A DNA stretch of 64,000 bases, from contig OZ024743.1 in the NCBI GenBank assembly GCA_964016885.1, forward strand, positions 56,296,001 to 56,360,000. Direction: 5' to 3'. This document shows, one piece after another, positions 61,256 through 64,000 of this stretch. The notes beneath the pieces were generated by a model, which saw only the letters and a program-made list of their open reading frames with translations, was not told where the DNA came from and did no database searches. The stretch comes from Eledone cirrhosa (lineage: Eukaryota). Made by a program: the position numbers and the translations under genes. Position 1 is the stretch's first letter. Each line of letters opens with the position of its first letter.

Positions 61256-62200
61256 TTTCGTTTCTTCTTACAACGAACACTTTAAAAAAAAAAATTTAAA
61301 AAAAAGAAATTTGATTTTTTTTACACCTTTCAACATGAACATTTATTTTCGATGAATCTCAACTATTGCCTTTTTTCATCGTTTTCTTCATCGTTCAAGT
61401 TTTTTTCATCGTTCACAAAAAAAATTGAACTCGCCATATTTGTTATACTAAGTGAAGCCTTTCTTTCTTTTTCATCATATTGTCACTTTCACACACACAT
61501 TTTTTTCAAAATGGCTGCCAACGACCTATTGCACTATCATTTTCGCGCCATTTTCTCGCGCAATAGAAATTTTATTTTTTCAACTTAACATTGTTTTGGC
61601 ACGTGTAGGCAGCACGATTCTCGACTCACGGAGATAACCACACGCCAGAGATAACGTTTCTCGCCAAGGATTCTCCAGCCTTAAGCTATATTCTCCTATT
61701 TGCCGGTTTAAAAATTTACCACGTAAATTTGCCGTTGAAAACTGCGCATTTATTCAGAATGCTTATTTCTTTGGTCGCTGGCCTCTTGACCCTTCCAGGT
61801 CAACGCATTCTCAACAACGACCAATCAACTTCGGCTGTTATTTCTAGCACTTTGCGCAACTCATTTTTTCTTGAAAACTTTTTTACTGTGAATTTAAACA
61901 TCGAATACGCTCACTCCGTGAGACAACAACATCAACAGCAGCACAGCTTCATCAACAACCAAAACCAGCAGAACAAGCCAGAGAATTTATTTTTGCAGCA
62001 CTCTTCCTGTGAGAAAATCCATTCGGAGGTTGGAAATTTCACGTTATACCACAGAACAGAAACCACCTGCATTCATTCTCTGGAACACACTTTCTTTCCT
62101 GCTGTCATGAGATTGCACACCTGTGAACTGTATTTTGAACATTTGAACTTTGAGCTCTTCTCTTACTTTGATTACATTGTATCTTTGGGTGATGGATAGA
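60610..62200 (+). mobile_element. LTR retrotransposon 5' end: LTR 60610-60987, tRNA-Trp primer-binding site 60990-61001, non-coding leader
   Basis: tgtagcaa...ttgttata termini; TGGTGACCCCGA is complementary to the eukaryotic tRNA-Trp 3' end; right boundary approximate. Confidence 0.7.
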
Positions 62201-62556
62201 TAGATGTCCAGTCGTTCACCATATATATGGTGTGTGTATAGGATGTATATATATGTAGAAAATATATATGTGTGTATATGTGGTGTATATATATGTATGT
62301 GTATGAAATATATGTATATGTATGTATAGGAGAGATATATATGTATATGTATAAGATATATATGTGTGTATGTATGTAAAATATATATATATATATGTGT
62401 GTGTGTAGGATATATATATGTCTGTATATGGAAAAAATATATATGTATGTATTTAAAGTATATATATGTGTATATATGAGATATATATATATGTGTATGT
62501 ATAAAATATGTATAATATATATGTATGTATAGCGTGTATGTGTATGTGTGTATAAG

Positions 62557-62637
<81 letters not shown>

Positions 62638-62796
62638 AGGAGGTTATAGTTCACTTGAAGCATTGTGTAATGAGGTATAAACGTTCGAATATGTGTAATA
62701 AGGCCAAGACAATGCAGGTATGGACATAGAAAAAAAGAATGCAATAGTGAAAGATATTGATGTGAATTCGTCTTTCACCTTGAATTTATTTAAATG

Positions 62797-62832
62797 TCCT
62801 TAATTTTCGAGATAATCTCTTCTTCGGAGGGA
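62797..62832 (-). ncRNA. Degenerate minimal hammerhead motif upstream of a PLE ORF
   Basis: Minus: cct CCGAAGA a gag attat ctc GAAA atTA agg (U4C). Confidence 0.4.
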
Positions 62833-63025
62833 AGTAAAGGTCTCAAACCAGCGTCTTTAAATCTCTAGCCAAGCCATGCTGACCGGAAATAGTATAGAGT
62901 ATCTGTTCTAACTCTAATATCAAAGAATTAAAATTAGGTGGATAAAGAGTAGTCTCCCTTTAAGAGGGGTTTGTTTAGGGGTTTTTTTTTTTTTTTTTTT
63001 TTTAATTTTATATACGTGCCTGTAT

Positions 63026-64000
63026 ATGTGTGTGGGAGAATGCATGAATTCATTGCGCCTGAGCCAGGCCCAGTTCACAACTGTAAAGAAACTCTTCCAG
63101 CTATCTGAAAAGCGCGCCAAAGCCGACTGCCAAATAAACTTCCTAAAACGATGCCTGAATAACAACATCATCCCCAAAACCATCAAAAATTTACACCTAC
63201 CAACATGCTTCAAATCACCAGGCCTCAAACGATCACTCAGTTACATACAAAAATTCTGCCTAAGAAAACTCATACAACACCTACACCGCACGCTACAACA
63301 TCACATACGGACTATCTCCAGCCTTGTACCACAACTCGCTGAAACCCCAGAACCTCTGTCCAGGGTCATCTCCGCCACTATAGACAGGTCATACCACCAC
63401 CGCCGAGACTACGAGAAAATACGCCTAACGCAAAAATTTCTCAAACTCAGGACGGCCAACTGTCTTAACAACATCCCAACGCTAAACACCAACAGAGGCG
63501 AACAATACGTTACCAACACCGAACCTAGCGGCACCCCGACCAACAACATACCTGACGCAAAACACCTCGTCACAGACTTGACAGGATCCCTCTCCCGAGA
63601 GGAATTAGACCTCCTCAGCCTGGGTCCCAAGTTCATATTGAAACAGAGACTGGACGACAGACTATGGCTCGACATAGAAACGAATTTCTGTCGGACTGCC
63701 TACCAACTGAAATGGATATCGACTCTCGACAACAACACCACGGAATCCACCACACACAGATTCCCGATATACCAACTAGATCGCCCACTCTATCCACCGC
63801 CCGCCAACCGCGAGCTGGAAGAAAAACTCTCGAGACTAAAACATTCCGTATTTAACATCTTACGGAAACAGAAGAAGATGGCCCCTAACCTCTCCAGGAC
63901 ACAACAACTCGCCTTGAAGAACCTACGGAATAAGGAACTTATTTACTTACCATCCGACAAAGGTAAAGAGTTCTGCGTCATCTCTCAAGCCACATACAAT
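63026..64000 (+). CDS. Penelope-like element ORF N-terminal region, open to the window edge
   Basis: 325 uninterrupted codons by my translation, with FLKRCLNNNIIPK, LLSLGPKF, NLS...ALKNL...YLPSDKG motifs typical of the PLE pre-RT region; absent from the ORF track, presumably because it has no stop in the window. Confidence 0.85.
   Translation, partial: MCVGECMNSLRLSQAQFTTVKKLFQLSEKRAKADCQINFLKRCLNNNIIPKTIKNLHLPTCFKSPGLKRSLSYIQKFCLRKLIQHLHRTLQHHIRTISSLVPQLAETPEPLSRVISATIDRSYHHRRDYEKIRLTQKFLKLRTANCLNNIPTLNTNRGEQYVTNTEPSGTPTNNIPDAKHLVTDLTGSLSREELDLLSLGPKFILKQRLDDRLWLDIETNFCRTAYQLKWISTLDNNTTESTTHRFPIYQLDRPLYPPPANRELEEKLSRLKHSVFNILRKQKKMAPNLSRTQQLALKNLRNKELIYLPSDKGKEFCVISQATYN

Overview
AT-rich, repeat-saturated animal genomic DNA, most likely an octopod cephalopod (inferred from recognisable octopus-type SINE fragments and very long (TA)n tracts). 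I find one plausible host gene: an intronless ORF (6363-7841) encoding a secreted protein with six Sushi/CCP modules. Most other recognisable sequence is mobile DNA inserted into (TA)n microsatellites: several Penelope-like elements (PLEs), RTE and CR1-like LINEs, a GC-rich CRE/NeSL-type retroelement, Ty3/Gypsy remnants and LTRs, a mariner, hAT and PIF-type MITEs, and SINEs. The standout is a ~4.1-kb head-to-head array (28881-32951) of nearly identical 310-bp non-coding units. Each intact unit carries a type I hammerhead ribozyme (12 intact copies, one deleted), so this is a retrozyme-like locus predicted to yield 310-nt self-cleaved, possibly circular RNAs. About 14 further hammerhead motifs of several sequence families, some degenerate, are scattered through the window, mostly in PLE terminal repeats. 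All structures were folded by eye; no database search or folding program was run.
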